This document shows, piece by piece, positions 47,302 through 57,941 of a stretch of DNA of 64,000 nucleotides; within the stretch, counting starts at the first letter, position 1, and every line of letters starts with the position of its first letter. The position numbers and the translations under genes were made by a program. The DNA is from Candidatus Tenderia sp. (GTDB taxonomy: Bacteria > Pseudomonadota > Gammaproteobacteria > Tenderiales > Tenderiaceae), in the NCBI GenBank assembly GCA_031416075.1, contig JANOSY010000090.1:1-64000 (forward strand), given 5' to 3'. The notes under the pieces were generated by a model. That model saw only the letters and a program-made list of their open reading frames with translations, did no database searches and was not told the DNA's origin.

Positions 47302-48579
47302 TTACTGTTTTGCCTGTACTAATGTTAATGATAGTGCGGGCCAGTAGGTGATGATTAACAGCGCCACCAATAAGATGAAGAAGAACGGAATGGTGGCACG
47401 GCAGAGCTGTGTAACGGGCTTTTTGAAACGGTAGCTAGCAATAAAAAGGTTCATGCCAACAGGGGGGGTGAAGTAGCCGATTTGCATGTTGGCAAGAAAG
47501 ATGATGCCAAGGTGAATAGGGTGAATGTTGTAACCAAGTGCTACAGGTAAAAGAATGGGTGTCATGATGACGATGGCTGAAAATATGTCGAGCATGGTGC
47601 CGAGAATCAGCAGGAATATATTGAGTGCCAGCAGGAATGTCAGAGGGTCTTTGATGTGTTCGCGGATAGTCTCAAAGATTTTTGTGGGGACCTGTGCATC
47701 AATAAGGTAATTGGTTGAGGCTAGTGATAACCCGAGAATGATGAGGATAGCCCCGACGAGCACCATGGATTCACGCATGATTCCGGGCAGGGCTTTTAAG
47801 CTGATTTCACGCAGGATGAATACCTCTACAAGAAGTACATAGATGGCTGTGACAGCAGCTGCCTCAGATACAGCAAAATAACCACTGTATATTCCACCGA
47901 GCATAATAAAAGGCAGTGGCAGCTCCCATCTTGAATCAATTGCAGCAGCACGTAGTTCTTTCCAGGTGAATGGAGTGGTGGGTAGTGTGCGTCCTTGCCA
48001 GGCGCTCCAGCCACTTAGCATCAGGATCATAAGTATTCCTGGAAGAATACCTGCCAGAAATAGATCATCGATACTGAACGTTTCGCCGATGCCCATCTGT
48101 TGCGAAACGATGCCGTAGAGTATGAGCGGGAGTGATGGCGCGAACAGAACGCCTAGGCTGCCAGCACTGGTGATCAGGCCTAGATTGAAGTTGTCGTGGT
48201 AGCCCGCTTGTTTGAGCGCCGGATAGAGCAGTGCTCCGAGTGCAACAATGGTGACACCAGACGCGCCTGTGAATGCAGTAAAGAGTGCACAGGCGCTAAG
48301 CGCAACAATGGCAAGCCCTCCGGGCATCCAGCCAAGCAGCGCTTGAGTGAGGCGCACAAGACGGAGCGGGGCTTTGCTTTCACTTAACAGATAACCGGCA
48401 AAGGTGAAGAGTGGGATTGCCAGCAGGATGGGCATCTCTGCTAAACGGTAGAATTCGATGATGATGACAGACAGGTCGATCTCGGCACTGTAAAAACCAA
48501 TGAGCGCAGAGGCGGCGATAACGATAAATAGGGGGGTCCCTATGAGTGCCAGCAGTATCAGGGTTAATGCGATAATCAC
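47302..48579 (-). CDS. dctM: TRAP transporter large permease
   Basis: LLAIPLFTFAG, FTGASG, APSLPLILYG, IGYFTPPVGMNLF. Confidence 0.93.
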   Translation of the reverse strand: MIIALTLILLALIGTPLFIVIAASALIGFYSAEIDLSVIIIEFYRLAEMPILLAIPLFTFAGYLLSESKAPLRLVRLTQALLGWMPGGLAIVALSACALFTAFTGASGVTIVALGALLYPALKQAGYHDNFNLGLITSAGSLGVLFAPSLPLILYGIVSQQMGIGETFSIDDLFLAGILPGILMILMLSGWSAWQGRTLPTTPFTWKELRAAAIDSRWELPLPFIMLGGIYSGYFAVSEAAAVTAIYVLLVEVFILREISLKALPGIMRESMVLVGAILIILGLSLASTNYLIDAQVPTKIFETIREHIKDPLTFLLALNIFLLILGTMLDIFSAIVIMTPILLPVALGYNIHPIHLGIIFLANMQIGYFTPPVGMNLFIASYRFKKPVTQLCRATIPFFFILLVALLIITYWPALSLTLVQAKQ

Positions 48580-49070
48580 TTAACGTTCTGCTGTGGAATG
48601 GTCAACAGGGTGCTGAATGCATCTGTTAAGAATCGTAGTGCCATCAGGCCAAAGCCTATGGGGATGATGAGCTCGCAGATCCAGGCAGGCGCAGTAGCAA
48701 AGGCGGTTGTACCATCGTGATACTCCATGGCCACAAAGCGTATTGCGTGGTAGCAGATGATGGCGCAGATAGTGGCGCTGATCAAATTGGTCAAGGGGGT
48801 TAGGAAGCGTCTTGCGGTGGTCGGTAGCAGCTTTGAAAGTAGGTCAATTTTGATATGGTTGCCATCACGTGTGGCCGCTATTGCCCCCAATAGACCGATC
48901 CAAAGCACCATCACCCTGAGCAATGGATCGCTCCAGTCTATGCCGGTGCCCCAAACATTGCGCATGACGATTTGAGTGGTGGCAATGAGAATCATTGCGC
49001 CGAGCATCAGTGCTAACAAGCACTTTTCCAGGTAGGCGGCAAGACGTCCTAATGTAGTGATCAGCTGCAC
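48576..49070 (-). CDS. dctQ: TRAP transporter small permease
   Basis: QIVMRN, LWIGLLGA..A...HIKIDL; four TM helices. Confidence 0.9.
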   Translation of the reverse strand: MQLITTLGRLAAYLEKCLLALMLGAMILIATTQIVMRNVWGTGIDWSDPLLRVMVLWIGLLGAIAATRDGNHIKIDLLSKLLPTTARRFLTPLTNLISATICAIICYHAIRFVAMEYHDGTTAFATAPAWICELIIPIGFGLMALRFLTDAFSTLLTIPQQNVK

Positions 49071-50069
49071 TTAGCGATGGTTGGTTCGATATTCGTTGAG
49101 TGGGATTTGCAGCGCCTGGACTATCTCTTTGCTAATGATGTTCTTGTCGACCATCGCTTTCATTGCGCTGCCTACGGCGTTTTGCCACTGTTTTTGCTCC
49201 TCAGCACTAGGTTCCACAAACTGAATGCCTTGCTGTTTGAGTGCCTGCAGTGCCTGGGTATTGTCTTGACGGTTGATTTTATCAAGACGGGCGAATGTGG
49301 TTTGCATGACGCTGCTGAACGTTGCCTGGTCTTGAGCGCTAAGCTCTTCAAAGGCTTTGCGCTGAATGATTAAGGTGCCCACAAGGTACATAAGTGGTGT
49401 TGTGTTCAGGTGTTTTACTTTGGAATGCCACTGAAGAGCGATAGCTCCCATGGATGAGGCGGCCACGGTATCCACCATGCCGGTCTGCAAGCCGGTGAGC
49501 ACATCGGTGAGTGGTAGTGGGATGGGGGATATGCCGATGGCCTCGAAGGCGGAACGGCTGAATTGATCACCTTCAGGTGACCAGACTTTATACTGTTTCA
49601 GATCATTGATTTTGTTTAATGGTTTGGCAGACATTAAATAGGCAAAGCCGCCTTCGCCTAGGCCAAAGCTGATGTACCCGTTGTCGTGTAGTCCCGAGAT
49701 GATTTTTTTATCCAGCCGTTCACGGACGTAATCCACCTCTTCATAAGAACGAAAGGCCAGTGGCAGGCTGTAGACCTGTGCGTCAGGGTAAATCTCAGCC
49801 AGACCGCCACCGGTGATGGCTCCGCCTTGGAGCTGGCCGATACGCATTTTACGCAGCACGCTTTTATCATTACCCATGACTCCGCCAGGATAGAAGCGAA
49901 TGGTGACGCGTCCCTGGGTCTTTTTGTCGATTTCGGCAGCAGCATTTTTTAACTCCTCCATCCAGTGGGTGCCATCGGGTGCCACGGTGGCTATTTTAAA
50001 GTTTTTTGCTTGCGCCGGCTGCAATGTGATTAACAGCAGGCACAGGGCGAGTGATAGCCATTTATGCAT
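49071..50069 (-). CDS. dctP: TRAP substrate-binding protein (DctP/TatP)
   Basis: Signal peptide, KIATVAPDGT.W, YPGGVMG, VLTGLQTGMVD; GGAG before ATG 50069. Confidence 0.9.
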   Translation of the reverse strand: MHKWLSLALCLLLITLQPAQAKNFKIATVAPDGTHWMEELKNAAAEIDKKTQGRVTIRFYPGGVMGNDKSVLRKMRIGQLQGGAITGGGLAEIYPDAQVYSLPLAFRSYEEVDYVRERLDKKIISGLHDNGYISFGLGEGGFAYLMSAKPLNKINDLKQYKVWSPEGDQFSRSAFEAIGISPIPLPLTDVLTGLQTGMVDTVAASSMGAIALQWHSKVKHLNTTPLMYLVGTLIIQRKAFEELSAQDQATFSSVMQTTFARLDKINRQDNTQALQALKQQGIQFVEPSAEEQKQWQNAVGSAMKAMVDKNIISKEIVQALQIPLNEYRTNHR

Positions 50070-50073
50070 TAGA

Positions 50074-50922
50074 TTACTCCTCAAAATATTCGGCGGATGT
50101 GGCCAGTAGCTCATGGGCGGTCTCTTTGGCCAGTGTGTTGCTGAGTGTTAATGTATTAATAGTGGTTGTGGTGGCCAGCACTTCGTTAAGCAACTGGTCG
50201 TGCAGCTCTTTATCGAAGGTGAGACGTGCGTAATTGCGCGCCAGCTCCACTTTGGCGATCAGGTCTTGGCCTTGAGAGATGGCAATTGCCTGTTCAAAAT
50301 GGGCGCGACCTTTTTCTGGTTGCCCCCCCAGTGTGGGCGAGAGCTGGCTGTTGATGACGCCCAGATAGAGATGTGCACGGCCCCACTCGTAACGTTCATC
50401 AATGGCGACAATACGTAACATCACGGCCTCTACCTTAGGCAGGTCAGCAAGGGCATTCCAGTTGCCTTTGTTGGTCTGTATCCACGTGGCCCATGCGGTG
50501 CCGTAGGTGTACAGGTAAGCGATATCATCGGCATCTACGTTGGTGAGACTGTTTTGGAAATCGGCAAGAGTGCCAGCATCGTGTTTGCAGACGGCATGCT
50601 GGCGTTGGCACAACGCTGCTCTGGATTGCAGTTTGGCCTTGTTTGCAAGGCGCTGCGCTTGAGCGGGGGTCTGGGCAAACAGTCCGGCGTAAGCGCTGTG
50701 AAGAGTCGCGCTTGCTTTCAGTGTGGCGGCGTCATCAGGGCTTTGCAGCACCAAGCTATCAAGCATCAGCAGATAGGCAGGCACCCCTTGACGGACGGTT
50801 TCAGGATCGTCTTGAGACAGAATAGCGTTGCCGAGATTGTCGGCAAGGCGGTTGGCAGCCATGCTGGTGCAGCCGCTAATGGCAGCCAACAGAAGAATAA
50901 TAATTGATGTGCGAATAATCAT
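50074..50922 (-). CDS. TRAP-associated TatT component (TPR-like lipoprotein)
   Basis: Lipobox AISGC, DDPETVRQGVPAYLL, LGGQPEKGRAHFEQAI, NTLAK; first gene of the TRAP operon. Confidence 0.85.
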   Translation of the reverse strand: MIIRTSIIILLLAAISGCTSMAANRLADNLGNAILSQDDPETVRQGVPAYLLMLDSLVLQSPDDAATLKASATLHSAYAGLFAQTPAQAQRLANKAKLQSRAALCQRQHAVCKHDAGTLADFQNSLTNVDADDIAYLYTYGTAWATWIQTNKGNWNALADLPKVEAVMLRIVAIDERYEWGRAHLYLGVINSQLSPTLGGQPEKGRAHFEQAIAISQGQDLIAKVELARNYARLTFDKELHDQLLNEVLATTTTINTLTLSNTLAKETAHELLATSAEYFEE

Positions 50923-51099
50923 GTTAATAAAGGGGAATATGAGGTTTATCAGCAAGCCTGCTATCATAACAGCTTAATTTTATAGTGTTATATATTTTTA
51001 GCGAGTGGCCTTTAGGCTCTGGCGTAACAGGTATTTTGTAACTGTAATTAATCTGTGCCAACATAGGGTGCTTTTTAACTAACCTTAGAGAAATTTTTC

Positions 51100-51789
51100 A
51101 TGAAAAAATTGGTGGTAGCGGCAACAGTCGTATTATTTGCAGGGATGGGCCAGGTTCAGGCTGTTGAAGGGTTGGATACAGACCAGAAACGTCTTAGTTA
51201 CTTCCTGGGTATGCAGGTAGCACAGCAGATTAAGGGTGAGGGTGTGGCGCTGGAAGAGCCTGCCTTTATGATGGGATTCCGTGATATTTATGGTGGTGCG
51301 GCACCCAAATTATCACAGGAAGAGATTCAGGGTACCCTGACACGTATACAGCAGCAGCGGGTGGAGGTGAGCAAAAAAATCTCTGAAGCCAACAAGCGTG
51401 AAGAGCCTGTTTTTATGGCGGCTAACGCTAAAAAAAGTGGTGTCAAACAGACGGCCAGTGGATTGCAGTATAAGGTTATTAATCCTGGCAAGGGTAAATC
51501 GCCCAAGCTGACTGATGTGGTTGAGGTTCACTATCGCGGTACATTGATTGATGGCACTGAGTTTGATAGCTCAATCAAACGTGGTCAGCCAGCGACCTTC
51601 CCTGTGAATGGTGTGATTCAGGGGTGGCAGGAGGTGTTGCCGATGATGAAAGAGGGGGCTAAGTGGCAGATTGTTGTTCCCTCAAAACTGGCCTACGGTG
51701 AGCGTGGTGCGGGTGCCATGATTGGTCCTGATGCAACGCTGATTTTTGATATTGAGTTGTTGAAGATTAAGCCTAATACCCCTCAGTAA
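51100..51789 (+). CDS. FKBP-type peptidyl-prolyl isomerase (FkpA/Mip-like)
   Basis: Signal peptide, SYFLG, TASGLQYKV, VHYRGTLIDGTEFDSS, LAYGERG. Confidence 0.93.
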   Translation: MKKLVVAATVVLFAGMGQVQAVEGLDTDQKRLSYFLGMQVAQQIKGEGVALEEPAFMMGFRDIYGGAAPKLSQEEIQGTLTRIQQQRVEVSKKISEANKREEPVFMAANAKKSGVKQTASGLQYKVINPGKGKSPKLTDVVEVHYRGTLIDGTEFDSSIKRGQPATFPVNGVIQGWQEVLPMMKEGAKWQIVVPSKLAYGERGAGAMIGPDATLIFDIELLKIKPNTPQ

Positions 51790-52150
51790 TCAGCCAGTCG
51801 CTTTTTGCGCTACGGAGTGCGGTCTGCTCTGTAGCGCAGCGATAAAATACTTTGAGTGCGTAGTTGTGTGGACTCTCCTGCCAGAAGTAGGCGTCCCAGA
51901 TAGTATTAAGCATGGCTTTTGAGTATACCGGGCCGGTGGGTGCGGCCAGGGGATGGGTCATAACGGCCAGATGGAGTGCATGTTCGGCAGGCACGCCAAG
52001 GCGTGAGTTGATCACTGAGTCAAAACCGATCATGGCACGGCCGTAACAGAGCTCTTCGTGAGGGGTGGCTGGGGTCTGTTCAAAGGCTATCACATCGGCA
52101 GGTAGTGCCAAAAATAGTAATGCTAAAACTTTGCTGACGTACGTTCTCAT
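51773..52150 (-). CDS. Hypothetical exported protein
   Basis: 125 aa, signal-peptide-like N-terminus, GGAGG RBS, two Cys. Confidence 0.6.
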   Translation of the reverse strand: MRTYVSKVLALLFLALPADVIAFEQTPATPHEELCYGRAMIGFDSVINSRLGVPAEHALHLAVMTHPLAAPTGPVYSKAMLNTIWDAYFWQESPHNYALKVFYRCATEQTALRSAKSDWLITEGY

Positions 52151-52251
52151 GGATCACCTCCACGCCGTAGTTCTGAGTCTGTAAAACTCAGCGGTGCATA
52201 TATGAGGGTATCGACCCGTTTTTACTTTTTATAAAACAGATGGAGAGATAG

Positions 52252-52806
52252 ATGAGCCATTTAAAGGTTTTTTCGGTTGCTGAGCGGCAGTTGCTTGAAT
52301 CGTCCACGGTGCATGGCGAGATAGCGTCGAGACTTGCAGGGGTAGGTATCCGTTTTGAACGTTGGCAGGTGCATCAGCCATTGGCGGCGGCAGCGACGCA
52401 GGCAGAGGTGATAGAGGCCTACCAGATGCAGGTTGATGGTTTGATGGCTGAGTATGATTTTCAGTCGGTGGATGTGATTGCACTCCGTCCAGACCACCCG
52501 GAACGCCAAACATTGCGCCAAAAGTTTCTGGACGAACATACACATAGTGATTTTGAAGTGCGTTTTTTTGTGGCAGGCAGCGGGCTGTTTTATATCCATT
52601 CCGACGACAAGGTGTATGGCGTGATGTGTGAACAAGGGGACCTGATCAGCGTCCCGGCCGGCACCAAACATTGGTTTGATATGGGTGCAGAGCCAGATTT
52701 CAAATGTATCCGGCTCTTTACCTCGCCAGAGGGGTGGGTGGCGAGTTATAGCGGCGATGCAATTGCAAGCGCTTACCCCACGTTTGAGACGTTTTTGCAG
52801 CCATGA
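52252..52806 (+). CDS. mtnD: Acireductone dioxygenase
   Basis: KFLDEHTHSDFEVRFFV.G.G.F, GDLISVPAGTKHWFD. Confidence 0.95.
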   Translation: MSHLKVFSVAERQLLESSTVHGEIASRLAGVGIRFERWQVHQPLAAAATQAEVIEAYQMQVDGLMAEYDFQSVDVIALRPDHPERQTLRQKFLDEHTHSDFEVRFFVAGSGLFYIHSDDKVYGVMCEQGDLISVPAGTKHWFDMGAEPDFKCIRLFTSPEGWVASYSGDAIASAYPTFETFLQP

Positions 52807-53474
52807 TTAAGGCGATTCTTACCGATGTTGAGGGGACAACCTCATCTATTGCCTTTGTTAAAGAGCAACTGTTTTCGTATGCGCGTGCCCATATGGGTAA
52901 GTTTGTGCGAACCCATGCAGATGAATCTGAGGTGATAGCGCTGCTCGATGAGGTGTGTTCGGTGGCGGGTGAACCACTTGAGCAGGAGGCGCTGATTCAG
53001 CAGCTGTTGAGTTGGATTGATGAGGATAAAAAAATCACCGCCCTTAAGCGTTTACAGGGGATGATCTGGACGGCAGGTTATAGAAACGGCGATTTTACTG
53101 GTCATGTGTACGAAGACGCGGCCCGTAATTTACGTAGCTGGCATGAGGAGGGCGTTAAACTGTATGTCTTTTCATCGGGATCGGTGCAGGCGCAAAGGCT
53201 TATTTTTGGGTACAGCGATTTTGGTGATTTGACACCGCTGTTTAGTGGTTACTTTGATACGACAATGGGCAATAAACGTGACGTTGATGCCTATGTCAAA
53301 ATTGCTGGGCAGATCGGTCTGCCTGAGGGAGATATCCTGTTTCTCTCCGATACGGTTGAGGAGCTGGACGCGGCATTTACCGCAGGTATGCAGACGTTGC
53401 AACTGATCCGGGATGCCTCAGTGAATGTCTCGCACCACCGCTCTATATCGAGTTTTGATCAGGTAAATCTGTAA
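52803..53474 (+). CDS. mtnC: Enolase-phosphatase E1 (acireductone synthase)
   Basis: TDVEGTTSSI.FV, LK.LQG.IW, FSSGSV.AQ, LFLSD..EELDAA. Confidence 0.95.
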   Translation: MIKAILTDVEGTTSSIAFVKEQLFSYARAHMGKFVRTHADESEVIALLDEVCSVAGEPLEQEALIQQLLSWIDEDKKITALKRLQGMIWTAGYRNGDFTGHVYEDAARNLRSWHEEGVKLYVFSSGSVQAQRLIFGYSDFGDLTPLFSGYFDTTMGNKRDVDAYVKIAGQIGLPEGDILFLSDTVEELDAAFTAGMQTLQLIRDASVNVSHHRSISSFDQVNL

Positions 53475-53536
53475 ACCTGTGGGTGAGCGCAGGGCCACCC
53501 CCGTATCCGATGATAGGGGGGTGGCCCGCTGTTTTG

Positions 53537-54127
53537 TTAGCCGAAGTAGTCGGGTTCCATGCCCGGCTTCCACTTGATATTACAGCCCATGCTGGGTGTC
53601 TGGTCAGCGCTGATGGGACGGTTGGCCAGCAGTGCGTCAACCGCACTACGCAGGTCATTGCCTGTGACAGCAACCTCATTTTTGGGGCGACTGCTGTCAA
53701 ACTGGCCACGATAGGCTAGGTTCATCTCACCCTGACCACTGTTTTTAAAGAGGAAAAAATCCGGAGTACAGGCAGCTCGGTAGGCCTTGGCCACTGACTG
53801 TGTCTCATCGTAGAGGTAGGGGAAGGTATAACCGGCGCTTGCGGCCTCGGCGGCCATTTTTTCCGGGGCATCATCGGGATAGTTGGCAGCGTCATTGCTG
53901 TTGATGCCGACAATGGCCAAGCCCTGATCCTGATATTGCTGGTCAAAGTCGGCCAACGCCTGACGCAGGTGGATGACGTATGGGCAGTGGTTGCACATGA
54001 ATATAACAAGCAGCCCTTTGGCTGTTTTGAAATCATCACGACTGACCTGTTTGCCGTGAGCGTCCGGTAAGGTGAAGGGTGGGGCAAGGGTGCCCAGTTC
54101 CAGCATGGTTGAAAGGGTACGTGCCAT
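53537..54127 (-). CDS. Thioredoxin-family (AhpC/TSA-like) protein
   Basis: FMCNHCPYV, AACTPDFF, YRGQFD, PSMGCNIKW; AAGGAG before ATG 54127. Confidence 0.9.
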   Translation of the reverse strand: MARTLSTMLELGTLAPPFTLPDAHGKQVSRDDFKTAKGLLVIFMCNHCPYVIHLRQALADFDQQYQDQGLAIVGINSNDAANYPDDAPEKMAAEAASAGYTFPYLYDETQSVAKAYRAACTPDFFLFKNSGQGEMNLAYRGQFDSSRPKNEVAVTGNDLRSAVDALLANRPISADQTPSMGCNIKWKPGMEPDYFG

Positions 54128-54293
54128 CGATCTCTCCTTGAACTCTTGATATGAACAACTGCCTGATTCTACATCCTCAGCCGGATTGATTATATGGGCA
54201 ATCTTCAGATTGGGCGTTGAGCGGGAAGGGGCATGGATGAATAGTTTGTTAGAATCGTTCAACGTTGAGTCTATTGGGTACAAAGGAGTGGTG

Positions 54294-55274
54294 GTGGGAT
54301 TAAAACAGATGGTTGGTTGGTTGTTGGCGAGTTTGATCGGTATGAGCACGGCGACTCTGGCGGCGGAGACGCCCAGTTTTGAGCAGTGGCTAGCGGCGTT
54401 GAAGAGTGAGGCGTTAACAAAAGGGATCTCTACCAAAACCTTGGAGCGGGCGTTTGTCGGGGTGGCGCCGATTGAAAGAGTCGTCGAGCTGGATCGCAAG
54501 CAGCCGGAGTTTACCCGAACGCTGGATCAATATCTCAGCAACGCCATTTCTCAGCGCCGTATCGATCTGGGGCGTCAGAAACTGGTGGAAAATGCGGAGT
54601 TGCTGGCGCAGGTCTACCAAAAATATGGTGTGCCTCCCCACTATCTGGTCGCTTTTTGGGGGATTGAGACTGATTATGGCCGTTTTACCGGAGGCAACAA
54701 TGTGATCGCGGCCCTCTCCACCCTGGCCTATGATGGCCGTCGCAGCGCCTTTTTCCGCAGCCAGCTCTTGGATGCCTTGAAGATTATTGAAGATGGCAAT
54801 ATTGAGCCGGAGAAGATGCTCGGGTCGTGGGCTGGGGCGATGGGGCAGGCGCAGTTCATGCCGTCAACCTTCCGCCAGTATGCGATCGATTTTGATGGTG
54901 ATGGGCGAATTGATCTGTGGAATTCTAAGGCGGATGTATTTGCCTCAGCCGCGCACTACCTCTCCTCCGTAGGCTGGATTGATAAGCAGGGCTGGGGGCG
55001 TGAGGTGCAGCTGCCAGGTGAGTTTGATACCAAGTTATTCTCCCTGGATATCAAAAAGCCCCTGGTCGACTGGCGTGCCATGGGTGTGAGCACATTGAAG
55101 GTTGGGGATCTGCCACTTGCTGATCTTGAGGCGTCTCTGGTGCGGCCGGATGATGTGGACGGTGCCCGTGCTTTTCTGGTCTATGACAACTTTCATACTA
55201 TTCTTAATTGGAACCGTTCCAGCCGTTATGCTATCGCGGTAGGTACGTTGGCCGATGAACTTTCCCGTCCATAA
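54294..55274 (+). CDS. Lytic murein transglycosylase (MltB/SLT_2 family)
   Basis: WGIETDYG, GSWAGAMGQAQFMPS, DFDGDG..DLW, WNRS..YA. Start codon uncertain. Confidence 0.9.
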   Translation: MGLKQMVGWLLASLIGMSTATLAAETPSFEQWLAALKSEALTKGISTKTLERAFVGVAPIERVVELDRKQPEFTRTLDQYLSNAISQRRIDLGRQKLVENAELLAQVYQKYGVPPHYLVAFWGIETDYGRFTGGNNVIAALSTLAYDGRRSAFFRSQLLDALKIIEDGNIEPEKMLGSWAGAMGQAQFMPSTFRQYAIDFDGDGRIDLWNSKADVFASAAHYLSSVGWIDKQGWGREVQLPGEFDTKLFSLDIKKPLVDWRAMGVSTLKVGDLPLADLEASLVRPDDVDGARAFLVYDNFHTILNWNRSSRYAIAVGTLADELSRP

Positions 55275-55292
55275 AATCTGGTGACATTGACT

Positions 55293-57941
55293 ATGAGTAG
55301 CACGGCATTGAAGACCATCTACCTGAAAGAGTACACACCGCCCCCTTTTGTGATCGATCGGGTCAAGCTCCACTTTGAGTTGGGTGAGGAGCAGACCGTT
55401 GTCACCACGGCCATGACGATGCGCCGTGATGGTGGTGGTGACGGGACGTTGCGGCTGGATGGGCGCCATCTGCAGTTATCACTGGTCAAGCTTGATGGTC
55501 GGGTACTGACGGCGAAGCAGTACGAGGTTGATGAGGAGTCGTTGACTATCCCCATGGTGCCGGATAGTTTTGTGTTGGAAATTCAGACGCTTATAAAGCC
55601 ACAGGAGAATACTTCACTTGATGGCCTGTATAAGTCGAGTGGTAATTTCTGCACCCAGTGTGAGGCGCAGGGGTTCCGCAAGATCACCTACTACCTCGAT
55701 CGTCCCGATGTGATGACCTTGTTTACCACTACCATCGTTGCGGATAAGGCGAAATACCCGGTGCTGCTCTCCAATGGCAACTTGGTGGCCCAGAGTGAGT
55801 TGGGGGATGGTCGTCATAGCGCCACCTGGCAGGACCCGTTCAAAAAGCCGTGTTACCTGTTTGCCCTGGTGGCCGGGCAGCTGGAGTTTATCGAAGATAG
55901 CTTCATAACTATGAGTGGCCGTCAGGTAGCACTGCGTATCTACGTCGAGCGCCACAATCTGGATAAGTGCGACCACGCCATGCAGTCACTCAAACGGGCG
56001 ATGTGTTGGGATGAGCAGGTGTACGGCCGTGAATATGACCTGGATATCTACATGATCGTGGCGGTGGATGATTTTAATATGGGGGCGATGGAGAACAAGG
56101 GGCTTAATGTCTTCAACTCCAAATATGTGCTGGCGCGGCCGGATACGGCCACCGATGCCGATTTTATTGGCATTGAGAGTGTGATTGCCCATGAGTACTT
56201 CCATAACTGGTCGGGTAACCGAGTCACCTGCCGTGACTGGTTTCAGTTGAGTCTGAAAGAGGGTTTTACGGTTTTTCGTGATCAGGAGTTCACCTCTGAC
56301 CTCTTCTCGCGGGCGGTCAAACGGATTGATGACGTCAATCGGCTACGGAGCTACCAGTTTGCCGAGGATGGCGGGCCGATGTCACACCCGGTACGACCAG
56401 AATCCTATGTGGAGATCAATAACTTCTACACCCTTACGGTCTATGAGAAGGGGGCCGAGGTGGTGCGTATGATCTCCCATCTGGTGGGGGCGGCTGGGTT
56501 CCGTAAAGGGAGTGATCTCTACTTTGAGCGTCACGACGGCCAGGCGGTGACCACTGAAGATTTTGTGCAGGCGATGGAGGATGCCAATGGTATCGACTTG
56601 ACCCAGTTTAAACGGTGGTACGGCCAGTCCGGTACACCGTATCTCGACTGCTCATCAGAGTATGATGCGGCGGTGCAGCGGTTGACGCTGACCATCCGCC
56701 AGAGCTGCCCACCAACCCCAGGACAGGCGACAAAACTGCCGTTCCACATCCCTGTTGATATAGGGCTGTTAGCCCCTGACGGTGCCGATTACCCGTTGCA
56801 GCTGGCGGGGGAAGCCGCTGCCATGGGCACCTCCCGAGTGCTGGAGTGTAAGGACGAGGTGCAGAGTTTTCAGTTCATCAACGTAGCGCACCCGCCGGTG
56901 CCGTCGCTGTTGCGTCAGTTTTCAGCCCCGGTGAAGCTCAACTACCCCTACAGCAGTGAAGAGCTGGCCTTCCTGATGGCCCACGACAGCGACCCCTTTA
57001 ACCGCTGGAACGCCAACCAGCAGCTGGCACTACTTCTGTTACACGGTCTGATTGAGCAGAAGATCAACGGTGGGGCGTTTGATCTGCAGGCGTTAGGCAA
57101 CGGCTATCCACTCTACTCAGCGGCCTTTGGTCAGGTTCTGGCGGAGCAGGGGGGGGATCTCAATCTAAAAGCGATGGCCATGGCGCTGCCGACGGAAAAC
57201 TACATTGCCGAGACCCTGGCGGTTGTGGACCCGATAGCGATACACGAAGCACGCTGGTTGCTGCGTAGTGCGCTAAGCCGTGACCACGAGGCACTGCTAT
57301 GTGAGAACTATGAAAACCATCTGGAACAGGGGCGTTACAACGTTAAGCCAGAGAGTGTCGGGCGTCGTGCCGTGAAAAATACCGCATTGGGGCTACTCGC
57401 CACCGGTGATGGCAGCGGCATCATCGAGCTCTGTTACAGCCAGTTCAACAGTGCCGACAACATGACCGACGTGATGATGGCGTTACGTTGCCTGACTGAC
57501 ATTGATTGCGATGAGCGGCAGCAGGCGCTGGCGCAGTTCTACGATAAATGGCAGGGTGAACCCCTGATCGTCGACAAATGGCTCGCACTACAGGCGATGT
57601 CACGCCTGCCTGCAACACTGGCCGATATTAAGACGCTGATGAACCATCCGGCGTTTAATATCAAAAACCCTAACAAAGTCCGGGCGCTGATCTCCAGTTT
57701 TGTCAACGGTAACGCCTACCGTTTTCACAGTGCCGAGGGGTATATCTTTCTGGCCGACCAGGTGGTGACACTTGACCGGTTAAACCCACAGGTGGCGGCA
57801 CGACTGGTCGCCCCGTTGATACAGTGGTGTCGTTATGACGAGGCGCGTCAGTCGCTGATGTGTGCAGAGCTGACGCGGATTCTGGCGGTGCCAACACTCT
57901 CCAGTGATGTCCGGGAAGTGGTCTCAAAAGGGCTGGCCTGA
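55293..57941 (+). CDS. pepN: Aminopeptidase N
   Basis: TQCEAQGFR, GAMENKGLN, HEYFH...LKE, NPNKVRAL. Confidence 0.97.
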   Translation: MSSTALKTIYLKEYTPPPFVIDRVKLHFELGEEQTVVTTAMTMRRDGGGDGTLRLDGRHLQLSLVKLDGRVLTAKQYEVDEESLTIPMVPDSFVLEIQTLIKPQENTSLDGLYKSSGNFCTQCEAQGFRKITYYLDRPDVMTLFTTTIVADKAKYPVLLSNGNLVAQSELGDGRHSATWQDPFKKPCYLFALVAGQLEFIEDSFITMSGRQVALRIYVERHNLDKCDHAMQSLKRAMCWDEQVYGREYDLDIYMIVAVDDFNMGAMENKGLNVFNSKYVLARPDTATDADFIGIESVIAHEYFHNWSGNRVTCRDWFQLSLKEGFTVFRDQEFTSDLFSRAVKRIDDVNRLRSYQFAEDGGPMSHPVRPESYVEINNFYTLTVYEKGAEVVRMISHLVGAAGFRKGSDLYFERHDGQAVTTEDFVQAMEDANGIDLTQFKRWYGQSGTPYLDCSSEYDAAVQRLTLTIRQSCPPTPGQATKLPFHIPVDIGLLAPDGADYPLQLAGEAAAMGTSRVLECKDEVQSFQFINVAHPPVPSLLRQFSAPVKLNYPYSSEELAFLMAHDSDPFNRWNANQQLALLLLHGLIEQKINGGAFDLQALGNGYPLYSAAFGQVLAEQGGDLNLKAMAMALPTENYIAETLAVVDPIAIHEARWLLRSALSRDHEALLCENYENHLEQGRYNVKPESVGRRAVKNTALGLLATGDGSGIIELCYSQFNSADNMTDVMMALRCLTDIDCDERQQALAQFYDKWQGEPLIVDKWLALQAMSRLPATLADIKTLMNHPAFNIKNPNKVRALISSFVNGNAYRFHSAEGYIFLADQVVTLDRLNPQVAARLVAPLIQWCRYDEARQSLMCAELTRILAVPTLSSDVREVVSKGLA

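Noticed and set aside
54128-54499. N-terminal extension of the thioredoxin-like ORF (320 aa)
   Set aside because: Overlaps the divergent MltB-like gene; family similarity and RBS start at 54127.
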